The notes under the pieces were generated by a model. That model ran no database searches. It had not been told where the DNA came from and was given only the letters and a program-made list of their open reading frames with translations. The position numbers and the translations under genes were made by a program. Source: Candidatus Micrarchaeum sp. (GTDB taxonomy: Archaea > Micrarchaeota > Micrarchaeia > Micrarchaeales > Micrarchaeaceae). Taken from it: 32,000 nucleotides of DNA. The stretch lies in NCBI RefSeq assembly GCF_016806735.1, contig NZ_CP060530.1, forward strand, positions 660,001 through 692,000, written 5' to 3'. This document shows, one piece after another, positions 1 to 8,165 of this stretch. Within the stretch, counting starts at the first letter, position 1; every line of letters begins with the position of its first letter.

Positions 1-441
1 CTTGCAACCGGAAGCGTTAACGGATCTGTGCCCGGCCTATCTTCTTATCCAAAAAGCACATGGCCTCCGCTGATAGTTCATTTCATGTTTGATACCATAG
101 TGGGGCTTGGATTCGGATTTGGGCTCTTTATGCTGGTCGTATTCTTAATGCTGATATTCAAAATGCACCCATTCGACAGGAAATGGATGCTTATGCTACT
201 AATCATAGCTGCTGTTGTAGGCGTATTCCTTCTGGAACTGGGATGGGCTACCGCTGAGATAGGCAGGCAGCCATGGATAGTCTACAACGTGCTCCTCGTT
301 TCCCAAGCGGCCAACACTTCGCCTTCAATAATACCGTTGGCCATATTCTTCGTGGCGTTCTATCTCATAGTATTGCCATTCACAGTATTGGTGATAAAAA
401 GGCTGCTCAGGGACAGGCCAGTATCGAAAGAACAGGTGTAA
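1..441 (+). CDS. cydA: cytochrome bd-type quinol oxidase subunit I, C-terminal fragment (gene begins upstream of the window)
   Basis: Frame 1 is open from nt 1. Hydrophobic helices plus the CydA C-terminal signature GWATAEIGRQPWIVYN. Stop TAA at 439-441, and a cydB-like gene starts 2 nt later. Confidence 0.85.
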   Translation, partial: LATGSVNGSVPGLSSYPKSTWPPLIVHFMFDTIVGLGFGFGLFMLVVFLMLIFKMHPFDRKWMLMLLIIAAVVGVFLLELGWATAEIGRQPWIVYNVLLVSQAANTSPSIIPLAIFFVAFYLIVLPFTVLVIKRLLRDRPVSKEQV

Positions 442-443
442 AA

Positions 444-1394
444 ATGAGCATAATGTTTTCAATAAATTACCTAATATTTTCCGTTTTCCTTACGCTGTTC
501 GGGCTTGAAGTTGGAATAGCCATTACCATGCTGCTAGAATATGACAAGCACAAGGACAGGATGAAGCGTTTCCTTATGCCGTTGTGGGAGGTTACCGGGA
601 CTTTTGCGGTATTTTACCTAGTAAATCTTGAAGCTACGGTACCATCGCTACTGATGCTAGTAGGTACTGTTTTCGTGGTTCCGCTGCTTGTTGCAGCTAT
701 ATTTTTCATACTGAGGAATGCCTTCCTTTCGTATAGCGAATATATGGGAGACAAACGCTCAGAAAAACGTTATCTGCACGTATACGCAATAGCCACATTA
801 GTAGTAGCATTTATCGCCATCTCGGTTCTCGACTCTGGAATAAGCGGGATAGGCATAAACGCATCCGCATATTCAATAAATATGCTTAAGATGTTCGCAA
901 ACTCGTTCAATATACTTATGTTTGTGGGGATAGCGCTTCTTTCCGTTTTTGTTGCCGCAGTATTTTTCGACGTGCGCGAGTACAGATGGTTTACCGGGCT
1001 TGCTGCTGCGCTAGGCATAATTGCGATTGCAATAGCAACCCGCTCCGCGACAGGATACCTGTTTTCCGCAGCGTTGGGCCCTGATCTGCCCTACCTGATA
1101 GGATTGCTGGTGCTTTTGGCAGTAGGGCTTTACCTTTATTATTCCAGGAAAAAATATGCGAAATATGTAGCAGTGCTGTGGTTCCTTCTTGCAGTCAATT
1201 TCTTTGGATTTATGCAGAGCCCTTACTTGCTCGGAGGTGCCGTTGACATAAACAGTTATTTGGCTTCAGGCCCAATGGCATTTTACGTTAATCTCGTAAC
1301 GCTGATTGGAGGCACTATATTGGTGATATCATTGGTTTTTATGGTTTACGTTAGTTATATAAAGAAAGCACAAAGCACAACAGGTAGTTATTAA
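444..1394 (+). CDS. cydB: cytochrome bd-type quinol oxidase subunit II
   Basis: ATG 444 lies 2 nt after the cydA stop, in frame with track ORF 273..1394 (whose first 57 codons overlap cydA and look non-coding). Polytopic membrane protein. LMPLWEVTG resembles the P-x-W-D-G-N-E-V-W segment of CydB as I recall it. Canonical position after cydA. Confidence 0.7.
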   Translation: MSIMFSINYLIFSVFLTLFGLEVGIAITMLLEYDKHKDRMKRFLMPLWEVTGTFAVFYLVNLEATVPSLLMLVGTVFVVPLLVAAIFFILRNAFLSYSEYMGDKRSEKRYLHVYAIATLVVAFIAISVLDSGISGIGINASAYSINMLKMFANSFNILMFVGIALLSVFVAAVFFDVREYRWFTGLAAALGIIAIAIATRSATGYLFSAALGPDLPYLIGLLVLLAVGLYLYYSRKKYAKYVAVLWFLLAVNFFGFMQSPYLLGGAVDINSYLASGPMAFYVNLVTLIGGTILVISLVFMVYVSYIKKAQSTTGSY

Positions 1395-2170
1395 TGCAAA
1401 GTTTGGAAATTATAGTATTCGTTTCGACAATTATAATAGCAGTGCTGAGTGCGTTGCTCGCCGCCTTCATGACTTACAAGTGGAAAAACAACAAGGAAGT
1501 CAAAAGCTTTGGGTTTTGGTCGCTAGGATTGTGGATATTCACAGTTGCCGTACTTCTGGAGAGCGTCTTTTCCCTGAACCTGTACAATGAAGCCCTGATA
1601 GACATATATCTTTTCCTTGTGGTATTTCTGGTAGAGTCTCTTGCAATGGGCTCTTTATGCTTAATAAAAAGCGACAAGATAAAAGTTACATATCTCGCTT
1701 ATATATTGGTCATTGACGTAGCGATGGTAGTTGCGCTTCAGGCTTCTGCAATAAAAAACCTAATAATAACATATGTGGTTTATGGGCCTCTTCCATTGTC
1801 GGTAGTAACAGTTTCTTCGCTTGGCACTTTCCCAGCTGCGTTCATATTGATAGTTGTGGCTGCGCTTTCTTATCGCAGGTCGAAAAACAAAAAAATGCTT
1901 AGCATAATTGCTGGAACCGTAGTAGTAAGCATCGCTGGAACGCTTTACATAGCTGCAATTCCAGAATTTTTGTACTATTCTGAATTCATAGGCATACTGC
2001 TTTTATGGTTCGGCTTTTTCAGCTTCGGCCACGGCAAGAATGCAAAAAGAGTTAAGAAACTGGAAAGAGTTTCAAAAAGGCATAAAACCGCAAAGACAAA
2101 TAAAAGCGCCAAGTACAAAAGAAGTTCCAATAAGATTAATAAGACAAGAAAAAGAAAAGTACGCAGGTAA
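1394..2170 (+). CDS. polytopic membrane protein (about 7 TM helices) with a polybasic C-terminal tail; unknown function, translationally coupled to cydB
   Basis: ATG 1394 shares its A with the cydB stop (TAATG). Hydrophobic segments run throughout. The last ~45 residues are K/R-rich (KRVKKLERVSKRHKTAKTNKSAKYKRSSNKINKTRKRKVRR). Confidence 0.6.
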   Translation: MQSLEIIVFVSTIIIAVLSALLAAFMTYKWKNNKEVKSFGFWSLGLWIFTVAVLLESVFSLNLYNEALIDIYLFLVVFLVESLAMGSLCLIKSDKIKVTYLAYILVIDVAMVVALQASAIKNLIITYVVYGPLPLSVVTVSSLGTFPAAFILIVVAALSYRRSKNKKMLSIIAGTVVVSIAGTLYIAAIPEFLYYSEFIGILLLWFGFFSFGHGKNAKRVKKLERVSKRHKTAKTNKSAKYKRSSNKINKTRKRKVRR

Positions 2171-2179
2171 GGTGTCTAA

Positions 2180-3076
2180 TTGTCAAACCACATAATAGCA
2201 GTTCCGAACAGCGTAGATCTTGCTTCGTTCATAGGCAAGAAGGGCTCTGAGAACAGCATCACGTTTTATAACAGAAGCATTGACGCCAGCGTAATAACGG
2301 CTCTTGCGCCTACTTCAACAGAAGACAAATTCTATGCAATTTCTGAAATATTGACAATTTCAGAAACGATAGTGCTATCAACAGAAAACATGGACAGACT
2401 TTTCGGAGAATTGCTAGTAGCTTCAAAACTGCTTGGAAAAAATGTAATCCTGACATCTGAAAACGCCGATTCCGACATAATAAAAAATTCAGGATTATCA
2501 AATTACAAGGTATGCGACAGGGATACGCTTCTCGAGACCATACTTTCAATAGGGAAAAATGATAATCCCGCACAAACGTGCAGAGTAGATATAGACAAGG
2601 CTTTTAACGTAAAAGGGATAGGTGCAGTGGCGCTTGGAGTGGTAATAAGAGGAGCGATAAATGTGCATGACGAGCTCTGGCACAGCTCAGGAAAAAAAGT
2701 TCTTGTAAGATCGCTTCAAAGTCAGGACGTAGATATAAAAACAGCAGGACCAGGTACGAGAATAGGAATAGGCATGAAGAACATAGAGCCAGATGCGGTA
2801 GAAAAAGGAAGCGTATTGTCGGCAGCACAGATATTGCCATCCAAAAAGATAACTGCAAAGATTGAGCTTTCAGAGATAAACAAAGAGGATTTGGTTCCAG
2901 GAAACTTTTACGGCTTGGGATCAAACTTTTCATACTCAATGGCAAAGGTAGAAAAAGTAGACGGAGATAAGGTTACTTTTGCCTTAGAAAAATCTTTGGC
3001 GATGGAAAAAGGAGATACTTTCCTACTGCTCCGTGAAAAAGCACCAAGGATATTTGCAAAGGGCACTTTAGATTAA
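2180..3076 (+). CDS. EF-Tu/EF1A-family domain-II protein with a degenerate (P-loop-less) G-like N-terminal domain
   Basis: TTG 2180 directly follows an in-frame TAA, with GGTG 6 nt upstream. RVDIDKAFNVKGIGAVALGVVIRGAINVHDEL...VRSLQSQDVDIKTAGPGTRIGIGMKNI...EKGSVL matches the beta-barrel domain II of translational GTPases. The N-terminal ~130 aa have no GxxxxGK[ST], DxxG or NKxD. Confidence 0.6.
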   Translation: MSNHIIAVPNSVDLASFIGKKGSENSITFYNRSIDASVITALAPTSTEDKFYAISEILTISETIVLSTENMDRLFGELLVASKLLGKNVILTSENADSDIIKNSGLSNYKVCDRDTLLETILSIGKNDNPAQTCRVDIDKAFNVKGIGAVALGVVIRGAINVHDELWHSSGKKVLVRSLQSQDVDIKTAGPGTRIGIGMKNIEPDAVEKGSVLSAAQILPSKKITAKIELSEINKEDLVPGNFYGLGSNFSYSMAKVEKVDGDKVTFALEKSLAMEKGDTFLLLREKAPRIFAKGTLD

Positions 3077-3084
3077 TCCGTAAG

Positions 3085-3156
3085 TGGGCCCGTGGAGAAT
3101 CGAACTCCATGTCTTCTCCGTGTCAGGGAGACGTCTTACCAATCGACTACGGGCCC
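3085..3156 (-). tRNA. tRNA-Val (anticodon GAC), 72 nt, no encoded CCA
   Basis: The reverse complement GGGCCCGTAGTCGATTGGTAAGACGTCTCCCTGACACGGAGAAGACATGGAGTTCGATTCTCCACGGGCCCA folds as a cloverleaf: acceptor GGGCCCG/CGGGCCC, anticodon stem TCTCC/GGAGA with loop CTGACAC, and T arm TGGAG-TTCGATT-CTCCA. Confidence 0.9.
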
Positions 3157-3180
3157 GTGCAGTGGATATTTTGCTTGAAA

Positions 3181-3192
3181 CTATTATAAGTT
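3181..3192 (-). promoter_or_regulatory. TATA box for tRNA-Val
   Basis: The minus strand reads CTTATAATAG about 25-30 nt upstream of the tRNA 5' end at 3156. Confidence 0.5.
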
Positions 3193-3213
3193 TTCGCATT
3201 AGCCGGCAATTGC

Positions 3214-4107
3214 TTATTTTACAGTAATTGACATGCCGTCGTATGCGGCAACCGAATTTGGGAATATGGCTTTGGCTTCGTTGAGAAGGATTGACGTATC
3301 CTTGTATCTGGTGCTGAAGTGATAAAGCACGAGCTTTGCTACTTTGGCTTTCTTGGCTATCTGCGCGGCCTCTGCGCTTGTCGAGTGCTTTCTCTCCTTT
3401 GCCAATTTTGATAGCCTGTCTTCGTAAGTCGTCTCGTGCACAAGTATGTCAGCATTCTGTGCAGCCTTAGCCGTGCTAGCCAGGGGCCTGGTATCCGTGG
3501 CGTATACGAACTTCTTGCCCTGCTCTTGTTCAGTTACGTCTTTCAGATAAACCCTTTCGCCCTTTATAATGACATGGCCCTTCTTACTAATTTCCTTGAA
3601 CATCTCTCCTTTTATCCCAAGCTTCCTACACTTTTCTGCGATGAATTTTGTCTTGTCCTTTTCGGCGAATGAGTACCCGTAGGAAGTGACCGAATGATTA
3701 AGCTTGAACGCTTTTACTGAGAAATCCTCGCCGCGCAGCACAGTGCCGGGCTTTACGGCCTTGAGTATTATCTCAAATCCTATTATTGCGTTGTCGAATT
3801 TTATCAGGCTTTCTATTACGTTCTGATACCCGTCTGGAAAATATACAGTCAAGGGATCCTGCCTGTGGTATAACGACATTGTCCTAAGCAGCCCGGCTAG
3901 CCCTAGCACGTGATCGGCGTGCGCATGCGTTATGAATATGTGCTTTACCTTTGATATGTTGACTCCGAACAGCTGCATCTGCCTCTGCGTGCCCTCACCG
4001 CAGTCGAAAAGCATGACTGTGCCCTCGTGCTGCAGAGCTACAGACGAAAGCCCTCTTTCTTTTGTTGGGGCAGAGCCAGACGTTCCCAAAAAGGTTATTT
4101 TGAACAT
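3214..4107 (-). CDS. rnz: ribonuclease Z (tRNA 3' endonuclease), short form
   Basis: ATG start. N-terminus FLGTSGSAPTKERG. Metallo-beta-lactamase HxHxDH motif (ITHAHADHVLG). 297 aa. Confidence 0.9.
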   Translation of the reverse strand: MFKITFLGTSGSAPTKERGLSSVALQHEGTVMLFDCGEGTQRQMQLFGVNISKVKHIFITHAHADHVLGLAGLLRTMSLYHRQDPLTVYFPDGYQNVIESLIKFDNAIIGFEIILKAVKPGTVLRGEDFSVKAFKLNHSVTSYGYSFAEKDKTKFIAEKCRKLGIKGEMFKEISKKGHVIIKGERVYLKDVTEQEQGKKFVYATDTRPLASTAKAAQNADILVHETTYEDRLSKLAKERKHSTSAEAAQIAKKAKVAKLVLYHFSTRYKDTSILLNEAKAIFPNSVAAYDGMSITVK

Positions 4108-4140
4108 TTTATTACTCGCTTTGTGCTTAATCCTAAATTT

Positions 4141-5274
4141 TCAGAGCTCAATCGTTACAGTCTTGTCTTTTAGGTTGACCTCTTTTACTTTTATGCCGAA
4201 TGCCTCTTCGATGTCTTCCTTCTTGAAGCGCTTCGTTTCCCTTGCCATCTTTATTATTGAATTTATCAGCTGCATGTTGTTGTATATGGTGTCGCCCTTG
4301 AGCTTGAGCTCCTTTATCTCCATCGCAGTCTGTTCTATTATTTCTTTCTGCTTCCTTATGCTCGCTTCCAGCTCCTTGGCCTTTGAGCTTTCTACGGGCT
4401 GCGGATTCTCCTTGTGCGACAGATAGTACTTTTCCAGGGCCTCGTAAGAAAGCTTGAAGCTCTCAATTTCCATACCCTCATATTTCTTTATATCACATAA
4501 AGCGTAATCCACCATGAACCCGTTTTCGGTGTAGATCCTGGGCTTAGGCGAGCTTATATACTCGGAATATGTGGAGATGTTTTTTGATATTGCAGCTATA
4601 TCCGAATCAGAGAGCGAATCGGAAGGGGCTGAAGGATCAATGCCGAGGCGCATGACGGCATCCTCTACATATAGGGAGCCTATGTTTATTACAGATGAGA
4701 GCGCCTGCATTATATTTTTCTCTTTTGGCTTTGGTGAAGAAGCTATGGCTTCCTGCAGCATCCCGACATTTGAAAGGTTGCTTACAGTTATACGCTTGTT
4801 TTTTGGAGCGGCATACGTTTCGCCAGGAAATATTTTTCTGTCTGAGAACTCGTGCCTTGAATATGCTAAGGTTATTTTCATTTCCGAATCTGCAATTATG
4901 ACATTGCCCTTGCCAAACATCTCTATTATTAAGCTCTGTGCCTGGTCGCCCTTCTCCATGGATATGCATAGAACCCTGTCATCGTTCATCAGCGATATTC
5001 CGGTTATTTTGGAATTGGATATCCGCTTCCTTACGGCCTGTGAAAAATTCGTAGGCTGGTCCTGCAGCGTGAGCACGCTCGCAATGCCCAGAAACCTTGC
5101 CGGGGCTATTACCAGGTTGTGCTGCCCTTCTCCGGATTTGTTGAGCTTGAGCCTGAACTGCGGGCCTGGAAACTCGTAAAATTTCTCTATGTAGAAACCC
5201 TTTAGGAATTCCAGCTCCCTAGCTATGGCTGCAAGCTCAAGGGTTGATGGCTCCCTCATTTGAATCAGGTTCAA
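4141..5274 (-). CDS. NFACT-N/FbpA-like protein (Rqc2/RqcH family N-terminal module plus coiled coil), lacking an NFACT-R module
   Basis: N-terminus ...LELAAIARELEFLKGFYIEKFYE...FRLKLNK...HNLVIAP has the NFACT-N pattern. The C-terminal ~90 aa are K/E-rich coiled coil. The track start TTG 5274 abuts the GGGPS stop. ATG 5259 (MREPSTLEL) is an equally good start. Confidence 0.5.
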   Translation of the reverse strand: MNLIQMREPSTLELAAIARELEFLKGFYIEKFYEFPGPQFRLKLNKSGEGQHNLVIAPARFLGIASVLTLQDQPTNFSQAVRKRISNSKITGISLMNDDRVLCISMEKGDQAQSLIIEMFGKGNVIIADSEMKITLAYSRHEFSDRKIFPGETYAAPKNKRITVSNLSNVGMLQEAIASSPKPKEKNIMQALSSVINIGSLYVEDAVMRLGIDPSAPSDSLSDSDIAAISKNISTYSEYISSPKPRIYTENGFMVDYALCDIKKYEGMEIESFKLSYEALEKYYLSHKENPQPVESSKAKELEASIRKQKEIIEQTAMEIKELKLKGDTIYNNMQLINSIIKMARETKRFKKEDIEEAFGIKVKEVNLKDKTVTIEL

Positions 5275-6078
5275 TTATTTGTTAATCTTCTTAAGGCCCT
5301 CCTCCTTCGTAACGCGGGCGAAGAGCTTGGCCTTTTTCAGCACCATCGCCATGTTGCTGTGATCCTCAAAAGCGGTGCCTATCTGGACCACGTCTGCGCC
5401 GCTCCTGTATGCAAGCCTCAGCTCCTTTTCGGAGATTATGCCTCCTCCGACTATATAGGGCACGTCGATTGCGGACTTTACTGCCCTTATCATCTCGTGC
5501 GATATTGGGCCTCCGCCCTGCAGGCGCGGATTGGATCCAGTATCAGTTACTATAAGCCTGTTGCCAAGATATTGGCCGGTAAGAGCCAGCGCTGCGGCTA
5601 TTTTAGGCTTTTCGCGCGGCACCAGGTTGGCATCGCCAACCCAGCCCGCTGTGCCTCCGGGAGCCACGAGTATGTAGCCCACTGGCAGAGGCTCTATGCC
5701 CGCCATCTTTATTACAGGAGCCCCAAGCATCTGCACCTGTGCATGCCAGTACGAATTGCGGGAGTTGAGCAGCGATTGGAAGTATATTGCATCTGCGTAT
5801 TTGGTTATGGTGGCAACGTTTCCCGGAAACAGCACTATAGGTATGCTTATTGATTCTTTTACTGCCTTGGTGACTTCATCCAGCATTGAGCCTTGGACTC
5901 CGCTGCTTCCGCCTATGAGCAGTATGTCTGCTCCGCCCTTGTCGACAGCCTTCGCAGTGTTTATGACATCCTTCCAGCTTTTATAGTCCACCGGATCTAT
6001 CAGGCTGAAAAGCATTGCGCCCTTGGATTCAAGGGTATCGTCTATATATTTCTCTACTTTGCCCTTTTTGATATTCAT
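5275..6078 (-). CDS. geranylgeranylglyceryl phosphate synthase (PcrB/GGGPS family)
   Basis: ATG start. TIM-barrel GGGPS pattern: DILLIGGSSGV, FPGN, GYILVAPGG and the C-terminal phosphate-binding IVGGGI. Confidence 0.85.
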   Translation of the reverse strand: MNIKKGKVEKYIDDTLESKGAMLFSLIDPVDYKSWKDVINTAKAVDKGGADILLIGGSSGVQGSMLDEVTKAVKESISIPIVLFPGNVATITKYADAIYFQSLLNSRNSYWHAQVQMLGAPVIKMAGIEPLPVGYILVAPGGTAGWVGDANLVPREKPKIAAALALTGQYLGNRLIVTDTGSNPRLQGGGPISHEMIRAVKSAIDVPYIVGGGIISEKELRLAYRSGADVVQIGTAFEDHSNMAMVLKKAKLFARVTKEEGLKKINK

Positions 6079-6104
6079 TGCTATACCACTAGTATTTTAT
6101 ACGC

Positions 6105-7124
6105 TTACTGCTTGGATTTTTTGTATTCTTCTAAAAGCATCAGGCCGTCCTTGTTTATGCTGTGCTTTGGTTCGAAGCCTAGCTTGTTCCTGGCCTTGGA
6201 TATGTCTATCTTCCTGTCGCTAGCCAGAAATTCGAGCTCGTCATAATTTATGTTCGCTATCTTGCTTGTGATCTTTGCTATGGCGTGAGGTATGCTGCGT
6301 TTCGGAGACTGCACGCCAAGCGCTTTTGCGACGAACTCGAAGAGCCATTTTATAGTGTATGAGCCGCCTTCCGTTATGTTGTATATCTCGCTTTCCTTTG
6401 ACTTGGACGCCATTGCAAGCACCATGGAATCAGCTGCATCGTCTTCATGTATAAGCTCTACGTAGTTCATTCCGCCGCTGACATACATGGCCCTTCCCTG
6501 CTCTATGAGCTTGAATATCTTAAAGTACGAATCCTTGTAGTCAGGGCCGTAGAACGTCCCGAACCTCAGTATTGTGTATTTCATTAGCCTGTTTGCATCT
6601 GCAAAAGACTTTATTACCTGCTCGGCCATCATCTTGCTTTCCGAATACGGGCTCGAGGGCTTCGTCGCTGAGCTCTCGGAAAGAAGCTCGTTGGGCCTTT
6701 TGTATCCGTATACAGTAATGCTGCTGGCGTATATTATGTGCACTGGCTTCTTTGAATTCCTGTTTGAAGCCTCGTACGCGTTAAGCAGGTTTTCAGTGCC
6801 TATGACGTTTATGTTTATAAGGTCGTCATATGTGTTTTTGTAGTTGTATACCGCGGCTGCTATATGGAATATGTTGTCGACACCCGCGCATGCTTCCTCC
6901 AGAACCTTCGAGTCATTTTCGTTCTTCAGGGTTAGGTCCGCAACGTATACCTTTACCTTTGAAGGAAGAGCCATCCATTCGTTGGATTTTGAGGGATGCA
7001 CTCTTAGTATGGCCCTGACCTCGTGGCCCATGCCAACAAGACGTGCGACAAGCCTTCGCCCCAACGCTGAGGTCGCTCCGGTAACCAAATCAACAACAAC
7101 CGCATCGCCTGCTTGGTGTTCCAT
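6105..7124 (-). CDS. NAD-dependent epimerase/dehydratase (extended SDR)
   Basis: Rossmann motif VTGATSALGRRLV and catalytic YxxxK (PYSESK). ATG 7124 overlaps the stop of the upstream gene (TGATG). The track start GTG 7127 is one codon earlier. Confidence 0.8.
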   Translation of the reverse strand: MEHQAGDAVVVDLVTGATSALGRRLVARLVGMGHEVRAILRVHPSKSNEWMALPSKVKVYVADLTLKNENDSKVLEEACAGVDNIFHIAAAVYNYKNTYDDLININVIGTENLLNAYEASNRNSKKPVHIIYASSITVYGYKRPNELLSESSATKPSSPYSESKMMAEQVIKSFADANRLMKYTILRFGTFYGPDYKDSYFKIFKLIEQGRAMYVSGGMNYVELIHEDDAADSMVLAMASKSKESEIYNITEGGSYTIKWLFEFVAKALGVQSPKRSIPHAIAKITSKIANINYDELEFLASDRKIDISKARNKLGFEPKHSINKDGLMLLEEYKKSKQ

Positions 7125-8014
7125 CACTTGCCACCGCTTTCTCCGTCCAAGACGGCCTTTGCTATATCCCTTATCCTGCCTTCTGTGAGCTTGTTTATGG
7201 CGTATGGAACCCAGTCTTTGCCATATGCAACGTAAACGCTCATTTTCTGATTGGACTTGAGCATCATGCCGAAGCGCTTCCTGTTATAGCCTAATGGCAC
7301 CTCAAACCTTAAATGTTTTTTGTAATTCTTGGAGCCGGCCATAATCTTCGAGAGTATTTTCTCATCGTGGCCGAAGACTATGGTGTTGACGTCGTTTTCG
7401 GCAAGCTTGGCTATGCATTTGTAGTAAAGGGCTTCCTGGGAGTCCTTTTTTGACTTTTCCTTCTTTTTTGGAGCAGCCTCAGGTTCCTGCTGTGCCAGTG
7501 TCATTAGCTTTACGTATTTGTAAGAGAGCATAGGCTTCGGAATCGTGCCGTTGGTGTACCTGGCCATGTAGTCCGCTGGGACTTCGACGCCAACGTCTGC
7601 GGTGCCATCATACCTGTCCCTGGCATCGAATATGCTGTTCTGTATTATGGCGCTCTCGGACTCTATCCAGAGCCTCTTTTTGTATTTGTCTGCCGTAGAC
7701 ACTATCTCGTCCAGGGCATTGATGGCTTGCTCCTTGCTGCTTAGATAGCCCAGCTGCGACAGCCTGAGCGATACCTCGGCTTCAAGGTTCAGCCTTGAGA
7801 GCTGCTTTATCATCTCAATGTAGCTGTTTATGTTGTACCTTATTTTAAGCGGAGTGGCAGCATTCTCGTTAAGAAACGTCACAGTAGCGGAAATGTTCCT
7901 GTCGTTCAGCTGCTTGACAGTACGTATGACTGAAGCGGAGGTGCTTCCGGCTATGTGTTTTTTCACTAGCTTGAATACGAGCCTTTTTATTAGGCCATGA
8001 TCATTGCTTGCCAA
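7124..8014 (-). CDS. proline dehydrogenase-fold (PF01619-like) protein, divergent
   Basis: Blocks align by eye to monofunctional ProDH: KKHIAGSTSASV, VSLRLSQLGY, LWIESES, VFGHD, LRFEVPLGYN, VYVAYGKDWVPYAINKLTE. TTG start directly after an in-frame TGA. Contains a K/E-rich insert (PKKKEKSKKDSQE). Confidence 0.55.
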   Translation of the reverse strand: MASNDHGLIKRLVFKLVKKHIAGSTSASVIRTVKQLNDRNISATVTFLNENAATPLKIRYNINSYIEMIKQLSRLNLEAEVSLRLSQLGYLSSKEQAINALDEIVSTADKYKKRLWIESESAIIQNSIFDARDRYDGTADVGVEVPADYMARYTNGTIPKPMLSYKYVKLMTLAQQEPEAAPKKKEKSKKDSQEALYYKCIAKLAENDVNTIVFGHDEKILSKIMAGSKNYKKHLRFEVPLGYNRKRFGMMLKSNQKMSVYVAYGKDWVPYAINKLTEGRIRDIAKAVLDGESGGK

Positions 8015-8165
8015 TCAACCACTGGTAATTTTTATGTATGTTTGCATACTTATGGATGTGCATAAGTAACTGGCAGTAGTATATGCTTTATTCACTAATT
8101 TAAGCCTTTTGATTAGGGAATTTTGAAAGTGTTTTAAACTTTGGCAGACAATAAACCGTGATAGC

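Noticed and set aside
273-443. N-terminal 57-codon extension of the cydB track ORF (MDSLQRAPRF...)
   Set aside because: It overlaps the well-conserved cydA C-terminus in another frame and has non-membrane, non-conserved composition. ATG 444, 2 nt after the cydA stop, is the natural start.
4571-6246. Long plus-strand ORFs (4571..5179, 5260..5853, 5696..5986, 5893..6246) antisense to the NFACT, GGGPS and SDR genes
   Set aside because: They lie opposite genes with clear family signatures, have odd composition (Cys/His/Arg-rich) and have no start signals. They are shadow ORFs.
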